A DNA stretch of 64,000 bases from Dehalococcoidia bacterium (lineage in GTDB: Bacteria > Chloroflexota > Dehalococcoidia > Lucifugimonadales > Australimonadaceae). Where the stretch lies: positions 200,993-264,992 of the forward strand of contig OZ252105.1 in assembly GCA_965248455.1 (NCBI GenBank), given 5' to 3'. The notes beneath the pieces are model-generated. The model saw nothing but the letters and a program-made list of their open reading frames with translations, was not told the DNA's origin and did not search any database. The position numbers and the translations under genes are program-made. Each line of letters starts with the position of its first letter. Positions within the stretch are counted from its first letter, which is position 1. Shown here one piece after another: positions 1-9,188 of the stretch.

Positions 1-1
1 G

Positions 2-385
2 AAGATCATCATCATCGCTTCCACGGCGGGAAAACGAGGGCTGCCGAGGTATTCGGCCTACACCGCATCGAAGTTCGCGTTGGTGGGCTTCACGCAGTCA
101 GTGGCGCACGAACTGGGGGCGTACGGCGTGAACGTCAACGCGATATGCCCGGGCCTGGCCGAGACCGAGCGCGTCATCCATATCGCCAACGCTGTGCGCT
201 CTGCCGATCAGACGGCTGAGGAGCACCTGCGCGAGATGGTATCCGAGCGGTCGTCGGCCAACCCGCTCGGTCGCATTACGGAGACACGCGACATCGCTCG
301 GATGGCCGCCTTCCTGGCGTCTTCCGAGTCGGACTATCTCACGGGATTGGCCGTCTCCGTCTCAGGCGGGGACGTGATGTACTGA
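2..385 (+). CDS. short-chain dehydrogenase/reductase, 5'-truncated by window edge
   Basis: Frame open from nt 2. Translation KIIIIASTAGKRGLPRYSAYTASKFALVGF... has the SDR catalytic YxxxK (YTASK) and ICPG. Stop at 383-385. Confidence 0.85.
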   Translation, partial: KIIIIASTAGKRGLPRYSAYTASKFALVGFTQSVAHELGAYGVNVNAICPGLAETERVIHIANAVRSADQTAEEHLREMVSERSSANPLGRITETRDIARMAAFLASSESDYLTGLAVSVSGGDVMY

Positions 386-441
386 AGAATCGAGGAGGGC
401 CTGGCTACGCGCCGGGCCCTCTCCCAGCGGCCCCGAGGGCC

Positions 442-597
442 TTACTTCATGTCCGCCATCTTCTTGCCGATGATGTTCAAGCCGGTGCCACAGGTGGGGC
501 AAGAGCCCTTGATGATGGGCTTCCCGTTCTTCGTCATCTCGTCGCGAGGGGCTGTCATCTCACGCTTCTCTCGACACTTGACGCAGTATGCCTGCAT
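442..597 (-). CDS. small zinc-ribbon protein (DUF5679-like)
   Basis: MQAYCVKCREKREM...GSCPTCGTGL has two CxxC pairs. The internal ATG at 597 is preceded by GGAGG (revcomp of 604-610), so the longer 660 start was rejected. Confidence 0.55.
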   Translation of the reverse strand: MQAYCVKCREKREMTAPRDEMTKNGKPIIKGSCPTCGTGLNIIGKKMADMK

Positions 598-801
598 GCA
601 TTTCCTCCTTCGCCGTCCCTTGCGGGCTCGTGATACTCTCAATCCTTTCCTACTGCGCATAGCGTCTACAACACTTTATGAACACGTTTTTCGTGTGTTT
701 TGAGACAGGAATGGAAACGAGGACAGGCTTCATCGGTGTGATTGGCGCACTTTTGAGCGCTCCGATAGACTGCCTACAGCCTGAACATGAGGGAGAACGG
801 C

Positions 802-1413
802 ATGCTTTACGAACTACGCACCTATAACCTGACTGCGAACTCCGTGCCAGAGGTGGAGCGGCGTTTCGCCGAGAAGATCGAGGCTCGCATGAAGCTGTCA
901 CCGCTGGTGGGCTTCTGGCACACGGACATCGGCCCGCTCAACCAGATCGTGCATCTGTGGGCGTACGAGTCCCTGCAGCATCGCGCCGACACCCGAGCCA
1001 AGGCTATAGCCGACAAGGTGTGGCCTCCCGACATCACCGAGTTCATCGTTTCCATGGAGAGCGACATCCTCACCCCGTCGCCGGTGAACGACCCGCTCGA
1101 CGGCCCGCGGGAGTGGGGCAACTTGTACGAGCTGCGCATGTACACCTATCCCTCAGGGGCGGTTCGTTCGATCATGCAGCAGTTCACCGAACAGGCGCCG
1201 AGGCGTCTGGCGCTTTCGCCGGGCTGCTTCTTCGCCAGCGACCTGGGGCAACTCAACCGCTTCTATCAGCTCTGGCCGTACAAGGACTGGGATCATCGGG
1301 ACGAAATGAGGAAGGTGTACAGCCAGGGCATCTGGCCGCCGCACACCGACGAGCACCCCGTGCAGCAACTGGTGCGGCACATGGTTCCGGCGGCGTTCTC
1401 TCCCCTCCATTAA
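802..1413 (+). CDS. NIPSNAP family protein (two tandem domains)
   Basis: MLYELRTY... and a second LYELRMYTY repeat are typical of NIPSNAP. GAGGGAG RBS lies 6 nt before ATG 802. Confidence 0.8.
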   Translation: MLYELRTYNLTANSVPEVERRFAEKIEARMKLSPLVGFWHTDIGPLNQIVHLWAYESLQHRADTRAKAIADKVWPPDITEFIVSMESDILTPSPVNDPLDGPREWGNLYELRMYTYPSGAVRSIMQQFTEQAPRRLALSPGCFFASDLGQLNRFYQLWPYKDWDHRDEMRKVYSQGIWPPHTDEHPVQQLVRHMVPAAFSPLH

Positions 1414-1497
1414 GGCTCGTTTGACCGGCTCAGGGGCGGGTGGTACCTTCCACGTGATCAAAGAAGACACGTGATCAGGCTGGCGAAGGAGGAATCG

Positions 1498-2352
1498 ATG
1501 CGGTTGGTGAGCTTTGACGACTACCAGATAGGGGTACTGACTGAGAACGACGAGGTCGTGGACATAACCGACCTGATTCCCGAACTGCCTGCCGAATTGC
1601 AGTCGTTCCGGATGCTGCTGCTTATCGAGCGATGGGACGGGTTGCGCTCGAAAGTGGAGGAGATGGCCGCTGCCGGAGGCGGCGTGCCGTTGTCCTCGGT
1701 AGGTTTGCTGGCTCCGGTGCCCGCGCCGCGCAAGGTCTACGCGCAGCCTACGAACTACAAGGCTCACTCGGAGGAGATGCAGGGAAGCCCCTGGGGCGGT
1801 ACCGCTCCGCAGGTTACGGCAGATCAGGGGATGTTCCTCAAAGCGTCGAGCGCGGTGTCCGGCCCCAACGACGCGATACAGCTGCCGTATTCCGACCGGG
1901 TGATCCATCACGAGTCGGAGTTGGTGATGGTGATCGGCAAGGGGGGCAGCATGATTCCGGTGGAGGAAGCGCTCTCCCACGTTTTCGGCTACACCTGCGG
2001 TTTGGATATAACCGTGAGAGGGCCGGAGGATCGGAGCAAGCGCAAGTCTTTCGACACGTTCGCTCCAATCGGCTCGTGCATCGTTACGGCGGACGCGATC
2101 CCTGATCCGCAGGATCTGGAGATCAACCTGTGGGTGAACGAGGAGCTTCGGCAGCACGCGTTCACGAAAGACATGATCGTCGATTGCAAGAACCAGATAG
2201 CGAACATGTCCTGGGTTGCGAAGATGGAGCCGGGCGACCTGGTGTTCACGGGCACGCCCGAGGGCGTTGGGCCCGTCGCGCCCGGCGACCTGGTAACCAT
2301 CAACATCAGCGACGTTGGGGAGTTGTCCGCCAAGGCGGAGTCTCGCGAGTAA
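1498..2352 (+). CDS. fumarylacetoacetate hydrolase (FAH) family protein; candidate fumaryl/maleylpyruvate hydrolase
   Basis: MRLVSFDD..., HHESELVMVIGKGG and FTGTPEGVGP motifs match the FAH fold. AAGGAGGA RBS precedes ATG 1498. Confidence 0.85.
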   Translation: MRLVSFDDYQIGVLTENDEVVDITDLIPELPAELQSFRMLLLIERWDGLRSKVEEMAAAGGGVPLSSVGLLAPVPAPRKVYAQPTNYKAHSEEMQGSPWGGTAPQVTADQGMFLKASSAVSGPNDAIQLPYSDRVIHHESELVMVIGKGGSMIPVEEALSHVFGYTCGLDITVRGPEDRSKRKSFDTFAPIGSCIVTADAIPDPQDLEINLWVNEELRQHAFTKDMIVDCKNQIANMSWVAKMEPGDLVFTGTPEGVGPVAPGDLVTINISDVGELSAKAESRE

Positions 2353-2385
2353 GTTATCCGCGAGTAGTTAAAAGAGGAGGCTGCG

Positions 2386-3441
2386 ATGTCCTGGACGATG
2401 CCGGAGACCGAGAAAGCGTACCATCAGGAGCTCGATGACGAGAACATCAACCCGCTGTGGGTGATGCACGCCAACCCGCCGGAGCGGCCGAAGATCGAGC
2501 CGTACGTCTGGCGCTGGGAGCGTATGCGCGAGTTGGCGATGCAGGCAGGTGCGCTGGAGAGCCTGAAGGGCCAGGGCTTCCGCCGTGCGCTGACCATGCG
2601 GAACCCGGGTCTGAAGAACCCGCAGGCGGGCGCGACCAAGACCATGTCCGCTGCTGTCCAGATCGTGTGGCCCGGCGAGATCGCGGAGGCGCACCGCCAC
2701 ACAGCGGCAGCGATCCGTTTCGTCATCGAGGGCGAGGGCGCGTTCACCGTTCAGGACGGCGAGCGTTTCCGCATGGAAGCTGGCGACCTGACGCTCACGC
2801 CGAGTTGGGCATGGCACGACCATAACAACCCGGAAGACAAACCCGTCATCTGGCTGGACTGCCTGGACGCTCCGATGGTGGGGTACTTCGACGCTATGTT
2901 CCAGGAGCCGTACCCGGAGGACGTGCAGCCGATCACGAAGCCCGTTGGCTACACGAACGCCTCCATCGGCAACGGCCTGATGCGGGCAAACCTCAATGAC
3001 GTATCGGGCGGGACGCTGCCGATCACGTATAAGTGGAACGACGCCTATGGCGCACTCCTGGGCTACGGCGAGGAGGATCGTTTCGACGGGGTGCTGATGG
3101 AGTACGCCAACCCGGTTACGGGCGGGCACAGCATGCCGACGCTGGCGCTGAAGTTGCAGCGGCTGGCCCCCGGCTCCCACACGGACGCCCATCGTCATAC
3201 GTCCAGCGTCGTCTATCACGTTGCCAAGGGCGAGGGGTACTCGATCATTGCGGGCAAGCGACTCGAATGGTTCAAGGGCGACACGTTCGTCCTGCCGTCG
3301 TGGTCGTTGCACGAACACGGTACGGATTCGCAGGACGACGCTGTGCTGTTCTCGATGAGCGATCTGCCGATCGTCGAGGCGATGGGTCTCTACCGCGAGG
3401 AAGAGGGCCAGCGTCAGGAAGTCGTCGGCGCCATCGGTTAG
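2386..3441 (+). CDS. gentisate 1,2-dioxygenase-like bicupin dioxygenase
   Basis: 351 aa. HRHTAAAIRFVIEGEG and a second cupin HRHTSSVVYHVAKGEG. Length and motifs are typical of gentisate / 1-hydroxy-2-naphthoate dioxygenases. Confidence 0.8.
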   Translation: MSWTMPETEKAYHQELDDENINPLWVMHANPPERPKIEPYVWRWERMRELAMQAGALESLKGQGFRRALTMRNPGLKNPQAGATKTMSAAVQIVWPGEIAEAHRHTAAAIRFVIEGEGAFTVQDGERFRMEAGDLTLTPSWAWHDHNNPEDKPVIWLDCLDAPMVGYFDAMFQEPYPEDVQPITKPVGYTNASIGNGLMRANLNDVSGGTLPITYKWNDAYGALLGYGEEDRFDGVLMEYANPVTGGHSMPTLALKLQRLAPGSHTDAHRHTSSVVYHVAKGEGYSIIAGKRLEWFKGDTFVLPSWSLHEHGTDSQDDAVLFSMSDLPIVEAMGLYREEEGQRQEVVGAIG

Positions 3442-3453
3442 GTTGGCATTGAC

Positions 3454-3484
3454 GTGAAGGGGCGCTGCGAACGCGCCCCTTCAC
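3454..3484 (+). terminator. GC-rich hairpin after the dioxygenase gene (terminator-like, no U-tract)
   Basis: gtgaaggggcg (3454-3464) pairs perfectly with cgccccttcac (3474-3484). Confidence 0.4.
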
Positions 3485-3508
3485 TGTGCTCATCGATAAG
3501 GAGATTCC

Positions 3509-4768
3509 ATGACCACTGTTCACCCGGACGGCTCCATCAAGCCGCTGAAGATGGGAATCATCGGCGTTGGGGTTGGCGCCACGCAGATCATGCCCAGCAT
3601 GGAGAGCATGGCGGAGATCGACCTGATGGCCGCCGCCGATACGAGCCCCCGCGTTCGGGAAGCGTTCCAGCAACGCTTCCCGGATGCACGCGTCTACGAT
3701 AGCGCGGAGGCGCTCTGCGCCGATCCTGACGTGGAGGCGGTCTGGGTTGCGACTCCCAACAACTTCCACAGTCCGCATGTGGTGCTGGTAGCCAACTCCG
3801 GTAAGCACGCCGTCTCCGAGAAGCCTATGGCGCTGAACATGCGTGAGGCCGAGGCGATGGTGGACGCTGCTGCGAAAAACGGCGTGAAGCTCCTGTGCGG
3901 CCACACGCTGGGGTTCAGCCCTCCGGTGATGGCTATGCGGCGCATCATCCAGTCGGGCGAGTTGGGGCCGCTGAAGGCGCTCAACAATTGGGCGTTCACC
4001 GATTGGATGCTGCAGGCGCGGCAACCCGAGGAGCTGGATGAGAGCGTTGGCGGCGGCGTGCTGTACCGCCAAGGGCCGCACCAGCTCGACAGCCTGCGGT
4101 TGCTGGGCGGAGGCATGGTGCGAACGCTCCGAGGGACGACCGGCAAATGGTGGCCCGAGCGCAACGCCGTGGGGTACTACTCCGCGCTGATGGAGTTCGA
4201 GGACGGCGTAACGGCGAGCGTTACCAACAACGGCTACGGCTACTCCATGACCGCCGACCTGATGCCGTGGAGCGACGAGCAGGGCAGGGGCCTGATCGAG
4301 GGGTACACCCACGACGACCGTGTGCGTATCCGCGCTGAACTGAAGGACGGCACACGCGACGAGTTCGAGGCGAAGGACGCCCTGCGCATCGGGTCAGAGC
4401 ACGAGCGCCGCTTCTGGCGGGAAACACCGAAAGAGAAGCCGCCCTGGCGTCCGACGAACCTTGGCATCCTCGTTGCGACTTGCGAGCGGGGCGACCTGCG
4501 GCAGTCGCGGTACGGGTTGTACGTCTACAAGGACGGCAGCGTCGAGGATCGTGCGCTGCCTGAGTCGGGGTACCACGCGGGGCGCGAAGATTTGATCGAG
4601 CTGTGCAACGCGGTACGGAACGGCGCTCCCGTGTTCCACGATGGGCGATGGGGGATGGCGACGCTGGAACTCATCACCGGCATCATGGAGTCCTCCCGCA
4701 CCGGCAGGGACGTGCAGCTGACGCATCAGGTGCCGATGTCCCCGGAGTACGACGCAGCGGCGAGCTGA
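3509..4768 (+). CDS. Gfo/Idh/MocA family oxidoreductase (copy 1)
   Basis: N-terminal Rossmann MGIIGVGVGATQ, EKP motif (VSEKPMAL). AAGGAG RBS. Confidence 0.85.
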   Translation: MTTVHPDGSIKPLKMGIIGVGVGATQIMPSMESMAEIDLMAAADTSPRVREAFQQRFPDARVYDSAEALCADPDVEAVWVATPNNFHSPHVVLVANSGKHAVSEKPMALNMREAEAMVDAAAKNGVKLLCGHTLGFSPPVMAMRRIIQSGELGPLKALNNWAFTDWMLQARQPEELDESVGGGVLYRQGPHQLDSLRLLGGGMVRTLRGTTGKWWPERNAVGYYSALMEFEDGVTASVTNNGYGYSMTADLMPWSDEQGRGLIEGYTHDDRVRIRAELKDGTRDEFEAKDALRIGSEHERRFWRETPKEKPPWRPTNLGILVATCERGDLRQSRYGLYVYKDGSVEDRALPESGYHAGREDLIELCNAVRNGAPVFHDGRWGMATLELITGIMESSRTGRDVQLTHQVPMSPEYDAAAS

Positions 4769-4803
4769 CCAAGGGTCTGCCCGCCGCTGCATTGCGGTCT
4801 TCC

Positions 4804-4849
4804 CCGAACCCTCACTCTAACCCTCTCCCAGAGGGCGAGGGGATTTGCG
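4804..4849 (+). repeat. interspersed hairpin repeat, module A
   Basis: ccgaaccctcac.ct.accctctcccagagggcgaggggat.tgc is nearly identical to 6321-6366. Reverse-orientation relatives at 60861-60903 and 60955-61002. Confidence 0.8.
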
Positions 4850-4873
4850 CCCCCCATCCCATCGAGAGCGGGA

Positions 4874-6139
4874 CTAGGCGAAATTCGCGTCGATCTCCGG
4901 GGCGAGTTGCGCCTCGATCAATGGCTTCAGGTTCGGCTTGTCCCTGAACGGTCCTCCCGTAACCTCGTAACCGGGGAAGTAGGAGTGCTCCTGCGGGAGG
5001 GTGATGACGCCCTTGTCCTCGCGGTGGACGTTCATCGGCTCGCCGCCGTCCTCGACGATCTGCATCTGCTCCTCCAGCATCTTGCGATAGAGGATGATGC
5101 CCACGTCCGTTACACCCAGGGCCTCGGTCGTGCGGTCGCTGATGGGGCCCTGCATGATCCAGGCGGCCTGATCCTGCCCCAGCACCCAGTCGGCACGGAT
5201 GCGGCCGTCGTCCTTGAAGACGTTCTCGTAGACGTAGGGAATCTCGGTCTGCTCGATTACCTCTCCGGGGTCGGGCACACGCACGCGCAGCACGATGTGG
5301 TAGGTGTGCGTGTCGTCCATGGGGACGCGCATCTGGAAGGCGTGGCTGCGCTGCTGGCCTACGCGGAGGATGTTGGGGAACAGCACCGGGTGGCCGATGC
5401 GCCACCACTCGTTCTCCTCCGTGTCGCCCTGCATCAGCCGACGCTTGATGACGCCGTACTCGAAGCGGTCGAAGCCGACCTTGACCTCGTGGCGTCCACG
5501 AGCGCCGTCGCCCTGCATCTGCTTCTTCCACTGTTCGCGCTCTTCCACGGGCTTCTCCATGCCGAGGACGTAGGAGCCCCAGTAGTTGTGCAGCCATTCG
5601 AAGTGGACGGGGTCGAGGGAGTTATCCATGCACTGGAGCCAGTTGCACGGCAGTTCCATGGCGATGACGCGACGCTCGACGCCCTCCCACATGAGGATGT
5701 CCCACTGGGGGAGCATCGGCGCGGGGGCTTCGCCCATGTAGGCCCAGACGATCCCTGAGCGCTCCTGGACGGGGTAGGCCTTGATGCGCACCTTGTCCTT
5801 GAATTTCGAGCCTTCCGGCTCCGAGGGCTGATCCATGCACTGGCCGGTCTCATTGAATATCCAGCCGTGGTAGGCGCAGCGGATGCCGTTCTCCTCAGGG
5901 ATGCCGTAGGAGAGGTTCGCCTTCCGGTGGGCGCAGGAGGGCTCGATCAGCCCCAGCGTGCCCTTTGCGTCGCGGTAGAGAACGAGGTCTTCGCCCAGGA
6001 TGCGAACCTCTTTCGTTGGGTTGTCAGCGGTGAGCTCGCCGCTCGGCGAGATGGGATGCCAGTAGTGGCGCAGCAACTCGCCCATCGGTGTGCCCTTGCC
6101 GACACGAGTGAGCCGTTGGTTCTGTTCCATCGTAAGCAT
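4874..6139 (-). CDS. Rieske [2Fe-2S] aromatic ring-hydroxylating oxygenase alpha subunit, paralog 1 (subfamily A)
   Basis: CAHRK...CAYHGW Rieske motif and NSLDPVHFEWLH iron motif. 421 aa. GGGAGGA RBS. Confidence 0.9.
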   Translation of the reverse strand: MLTMEQNQRLTRVGKGTPMGELLRHYWHPISPSGELTADNPTKEVRILGEDLVLYRDAKGTLGLIEPSCAHRKANLSYGIPEENGIRCAYHGWIFNETGQCMDQPSEPEGSKFKDKVRIKAYPVQERSGIVWAYMGEAPAPMLPQWDILMWEGVERRVIAMELPCNWLQCMDNSLDPVHFEWLHNYWGSYVLGMEKPVEEREQWKKQMQGDGARGRHEVKVGFDRFEYGVIKRRLMQGDTEENEWWRIGHPVLFPNILRVGQQRSHAFQMRVPMDDTHTYHIVLRVRVPDPGEVIEQTEIPYVYENVFKDDGRIRADWVLGQDQAAWIMQGPISDRTTEALGVTDVGIILYRKMLEEQMQIVEDGGEPMNVHREDKGVITLPQEHSYFPGYEVTGGPFRDKPNLKPLIEAQLAPEIDANFA

Positions 6140-6267
6140 CGGGAGTCCTCCCTCTCAGTGTGTGCTCGTAATGACTACATCCAAGCTTCTGTGTGCATCT
6201 TACTCCAAACGGGTAAGTCAAGGGGTAGGGGGTTCAGCAGCACTTGGACGTTGGGATGCCAGGCGTG

Positions 6268-6390
6268 GCGAAACTTTAATTCAGTCTCATTTAGTCTCAT
6301 TCCGTCTCATTTCCTGTCGTCCGAACCCTCACCCTTGCCCTCTCCCAGAGGGCGAGGGGATCTGCCTTCCAAACCAGGGATGCGAGGTTC
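6268..6390 (+). repeat. mosaic repeat: module E (3 x 10-nt GTCTCATTTN) + module A + 5' part of module B, cut by IS30
   Basis: E flanks (gcgaaactttaattca / cctgtcgtc) match 7612-7667. A matches 4804-4849. B (gggatgcgaggttc) continues at 7418. Confidence 0.8.
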
Positions 6391-7417
6391 GCTGGATTCA
6401 CAAACGAAGTGCAACATCAGATTAAGGTGTTGCCATGGGATACACACAGGTCACCATTGAGGAACGGTGTGAGATTGCCCGCCTACGTGCCGCGGGCACC
6501 TCGATCCGGCAAGTCGCTGCAGGTCTAGATCGCGCGCCATCGACGGTTGCTCGGGAGCTGAAGCGCAACGCTTCACGCACCACGGGCTACCGGCCGTCGT
6601 ACGCGCAGGAGCAGTCCCGCGCGCGCCGCTGGTCCGGTTCCCGGTTGGAGCGGGATACGGCTCTGCGTGCCTGCGTCCTCGAACGCCTCGGTTGGGGTGG
6701 TCGCCGGAGCAGGTATGCGGGCATTTGGCGCGGGGGGCGGGCAGAACGGTCATCTCCTACGAGAGCATCTACCGGTTCATCTACGCGCAGAAAGCGCGGC
6801 ACAAAGACCACGGCTGGAGGCAGTATCTGCCGGAGGCGAAGTGGAAACGCGGCAGGCGTGTGCGCCAAAGGAGCAGTTCGGTCTCCTTCATCCTCGAGCG
6901 TCACTCGCTCGCCGAGCGCCCGCCCGCCGTTGCAGACCGACAGACCTTCGGCCACTGGGAGGCTGACCTGATGCAGTTTGGGAGGTCGGGGGCGGTGGTG
7001 CTGGTGCTGCACGAGCGGCACTCGCGCCTGATGATGGCCGTCCGGCTGCCTTCGAAGGAAGCAGGACCGGTCGTGAAGGCCATGGCGCGCCTCCTGGGGC
7101 CGTTGCCGCCGGAGTTCCGGCAGACGGTGGCGCTCGACAACGGGACGGAGTTCGTGCGGCATCATGAACTGCACGCCTTGGGGATCGAAACGTTCTTCTG
7201 CGACACGCACTCGCCGTGGCAGAAGGGGGGTGTGGAGAATGGGATCGGTCGGCTGCGTCGCGTGCTGCCCCGGAAGACGAACCTGGGAGAGATGTCTGAC
7301 GAGCGGTTTACGGGGCTGCTGCAGGGGTATAACAATACGCCGCGCAAGTGCCTCGGCTACCAGAGCCCATCCGAAATATTCTGGAGTCAAGTGTTGCACT
7401 TCAAATGTGAATCCACC
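6391..7417 (+). mobile_element. IS30-family insertion sequence (about 1.03 kb)
   Basis: Terminal inverted repeats g.tggattcaca...gaagtgcaaca at 6391-6416 and 7392-7417 (22 of 26 by hand). TTC is duplicated at 6388-6390 and 7418-7420. Joining the flanks restores an intact module B. Confidence 0.8.
6435..7415 (+). pseudogene. IS30-family DDE transposase, interrupted by a frameshift near 6690
   Basis: HTH N-terminus in frame 0 (…VLERLGWG), then GWSPEQVCGHL…HWEADLM…LDNGTEF…PWQKGGVEN in frame 2. The shift lies in the run ggttggggtgg. The frame has no stop inside the IS and reads on to 7918. Confidence 0.6.
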
Positions 7418-8070
7418 TTCCCGCCTTCGCGGGAACGACGAGGGGGGGTGAACCCTGGCCCTATTTGGCCCTGTTTGGCCTCGTTTACTCCTAGCGGCGA
7501 GGCTGAAAATGAGGCCACCGTGGCCTCATTTGGCACTGCGCTCACTCGTACGCGGTGGGCCAGTTGGCCCTGGTTGTGGCCTTGGTTGGCCTCGTCAGGA
7601 GTGCCCGGAGTGACGAAACCTTTAATTCAGTTGCATTTGGTTGCATTTGGTTGCATTTCCTATCGTCTACGCGGGGCAGGGATGCGTCGTTCCCGCGAAG
7701 GCAGGAACGACGAAGACCAATGTAGCAGTCAGCGGCGCTATGCCGTAATGGGCAGTTGTCGTTGGTTTGGGGGTTGGGCGTATGTTGGGGATGGCATGGC
7801 GTTCGGGCGATTCGCGAACGGCCCCTACAATCTAGGCAGGGGCCTGACATGCGCGGTTCCCGTCTGCATGGGAACGACGTATGCGAACAATGTAGCAATC
7901 AGCGAGGCTATGGCGTAATGGGCAGTTGTCGTTGGTTCGGGGGTTGGGCGTATGTTGGGGATGGCATGACGTTAGGGTCGTTCGCGAACGGCCCCTACAT
8001 CCAGACAGGGGGCAGGGATGCGAGGTTCCCGCGTTCGCAGGGAACGACGGAGCCTTCGCAGGAACGACGG
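7418..8070 (+). repeat. about 650-bp non-coding repeat array: rest of module B, three sets of 3x short tandem repeats, a 12-bp-stem palindrome, module E, then (B-D)x2-B
   Basis: 3x TGGCCNNNTT at 7456-7485. Palindrome at 7507-7531. 3x GTTGGCC.. at 7563-7594. 3x GTTGCATTTG at 7630-7659. D copies at 7718-7829 and 7888-7999. B hairpins at 7672-7713, 7836-7879 and 8010-8070. Confidence 0.85.
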
Positions 8071-8105
8071 CCCCAAGGCGTACCTATTGCAGATTGCGCT
8101 TGACG

Positions 8106-8954
8106 TTACGTGACACGGGTCATTCGAACTGCGAAGTCGCGGAGATTCGGTGCGCTGGCGCGCGCCGTGTCGATGACCATTGCGAGCGCCCACCCCACAG
8201 CGCTCGCTGTCCATTCAGGTAGGGTAACCGACACGCCGAGGCCGGAGTGCGCAGGGGAGATGGGGTGGTCCGGCGCCCCGAAGAACGACTTTTTGATTGA
8301 GCGCTCATCAGGCACGGCTACTACCGGTCCGAACTCGAATGGTGGTGTGTACTCCCGCCGGAGGCTGGCGAGCAACTCTGCCTCGGTATGTCCCCCGAGC
8401 AATCCCTGGTCGAAGGCGATGAGCGCGTCTGCTTGCTCCTTCTGAGTAGTGTTAAACCAATTGAGCTCAGAAACGAGATCGCCAAGTGGGGATCGTGTCC
8501 TAGGGTCCAGGAAATGTGCCGTAACCTGGAACCCGGACAACTCGACGACCCCAAAGCGGCGGAGTGCGTCATCGAAACACTGAATCAACGCCGGCAGCGC
8601 CAAAGCTAGCTCCACCTCGCTTAGCCGCCGTTTCGATAGCGGCGCATACGCATAACCTACAAAACCTGGGGGCGGCGGGCTGCCTGACTCGACGACATCA
8701 CCTGTCGGATCATCCGCCAGTCCTACCTGCACCCATCCGAGCCGGGATGCGCCGGTTCCGGCGGTCAACTCCGCATCGTTCATATTCCAGAGCGACGAGC
8801 GGCGGTGAGGGTGGCGATTCGACGGCAGGGTGGACCAACCCATCAATTCAGCACGCGCGTTGAAAACGCTATAGAGGTCCTCCTCGTCGGAATCAATCAG
8901 GTTCGTGCCGGGGGCAAGTTGCCCGAAAGCCTCAACGAAAAGCACCGACGGCAT
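8106..8954 (-). CDS. hypothetical protein (282 aa), no family recognised
   Basis: Uninterrupted ORF with a strong AAGGAGGG RBS (revcomp of 8960-8970). By eye slightly less GC-rich than neighbours. Confidence 0.55.
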   Translation of the reverse strand: MPSVLFVEAFGQLAPGTNLIDSDEEDLYSVFNARAELMGWSTLPSNRHPHRRSSLWNMNDAELTAGTGASRLGWVQVGLADDPTGDVVESGSPPPPGFVGYAYAPLSKRRLSEVELALALPALIQCFDDALRRFGVVELSGFQVTAHFLDPRTRSPLGDLVSELNWFNTTQKEQADALIAFDQGLLGGHTEAELLASLRREYTPPFEFGPVVAVPDERSIKKSFFGAPDHPISPAHSGLGVSVTLPEWTASAVGWALAMVIDTARASAPNLRDFAVRMTRVT

Positions 8955-9096
8955 GACAACTGCCCTCCTTCAACCCGGAGACTGCCTTGGCAACACTCCC
9001 ACGCCTGACTATCTCATGTTTTCTCGAAATCGTGTTCGTTTCTGTTGCTATCCAACCTCTGGGCAACTCCTCGCTATCCGCACTTACCCTCCCAAG

Positions 9097-9129
9097 CCAG
9101 GGATGCGAGGTTCCCGCCTGTAAACAACG
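9097..9129 (+). repeat. solo module B
   Basis: ccagggatgcgaggttcccgcc... matches the B consensus. Confidence 0.7.
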
Positions 9130-9188
9130 TCCTTGGGAACTACAGCGGGCGTATCCTGCGCCAAGTCTGCGGCTATACTCCCGCAACC

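Noticed and set aside
395-421. Hairpin between the convergent SDR and zinc-ribbon genes as a terminator.
   Set aside because: The stem is only 7 bp (gagggcc/ggccctc), with a 13-nt loop and no U-tract. Not convincing.
1153-2157. Long antisense ORFs opposite well-supported genes. Examples are 1153-2157(-), 2368-3318(-), 3272-4312(-), 4907-5758(+), 15337-16791(-), 18669-19997(+), 20109-21479(+), 48592-50118(+), 58905-59951(+).
   Set aside because: They are typical high-GC shadow ORFs. Their translations are Arg/Ala/Gly/Pro-rich with no motifs, while the opposite strand encodes proteins with clear family signatures and ribosome-binding sites.
7416-7918. C-terminal about 170 aa of ORF 6692-7918, as if it were part of the IS30 transposase.
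   Set aside because: It lies beyond the right inverted repeat. It is translated from modules B/E/D and short tandem repeats. The same 'peptides' recur wherever the repeats occur.
7670-8070. Possible CRISPR arrays at 7670-8070 and 62291-64000.
   Set aside because: Units are about 170 bp and the 'spacers' are themselves repeated (module D). There is no cas gene and no unique spacers. The pattern fits REP/BIME-like mosaic repeats.
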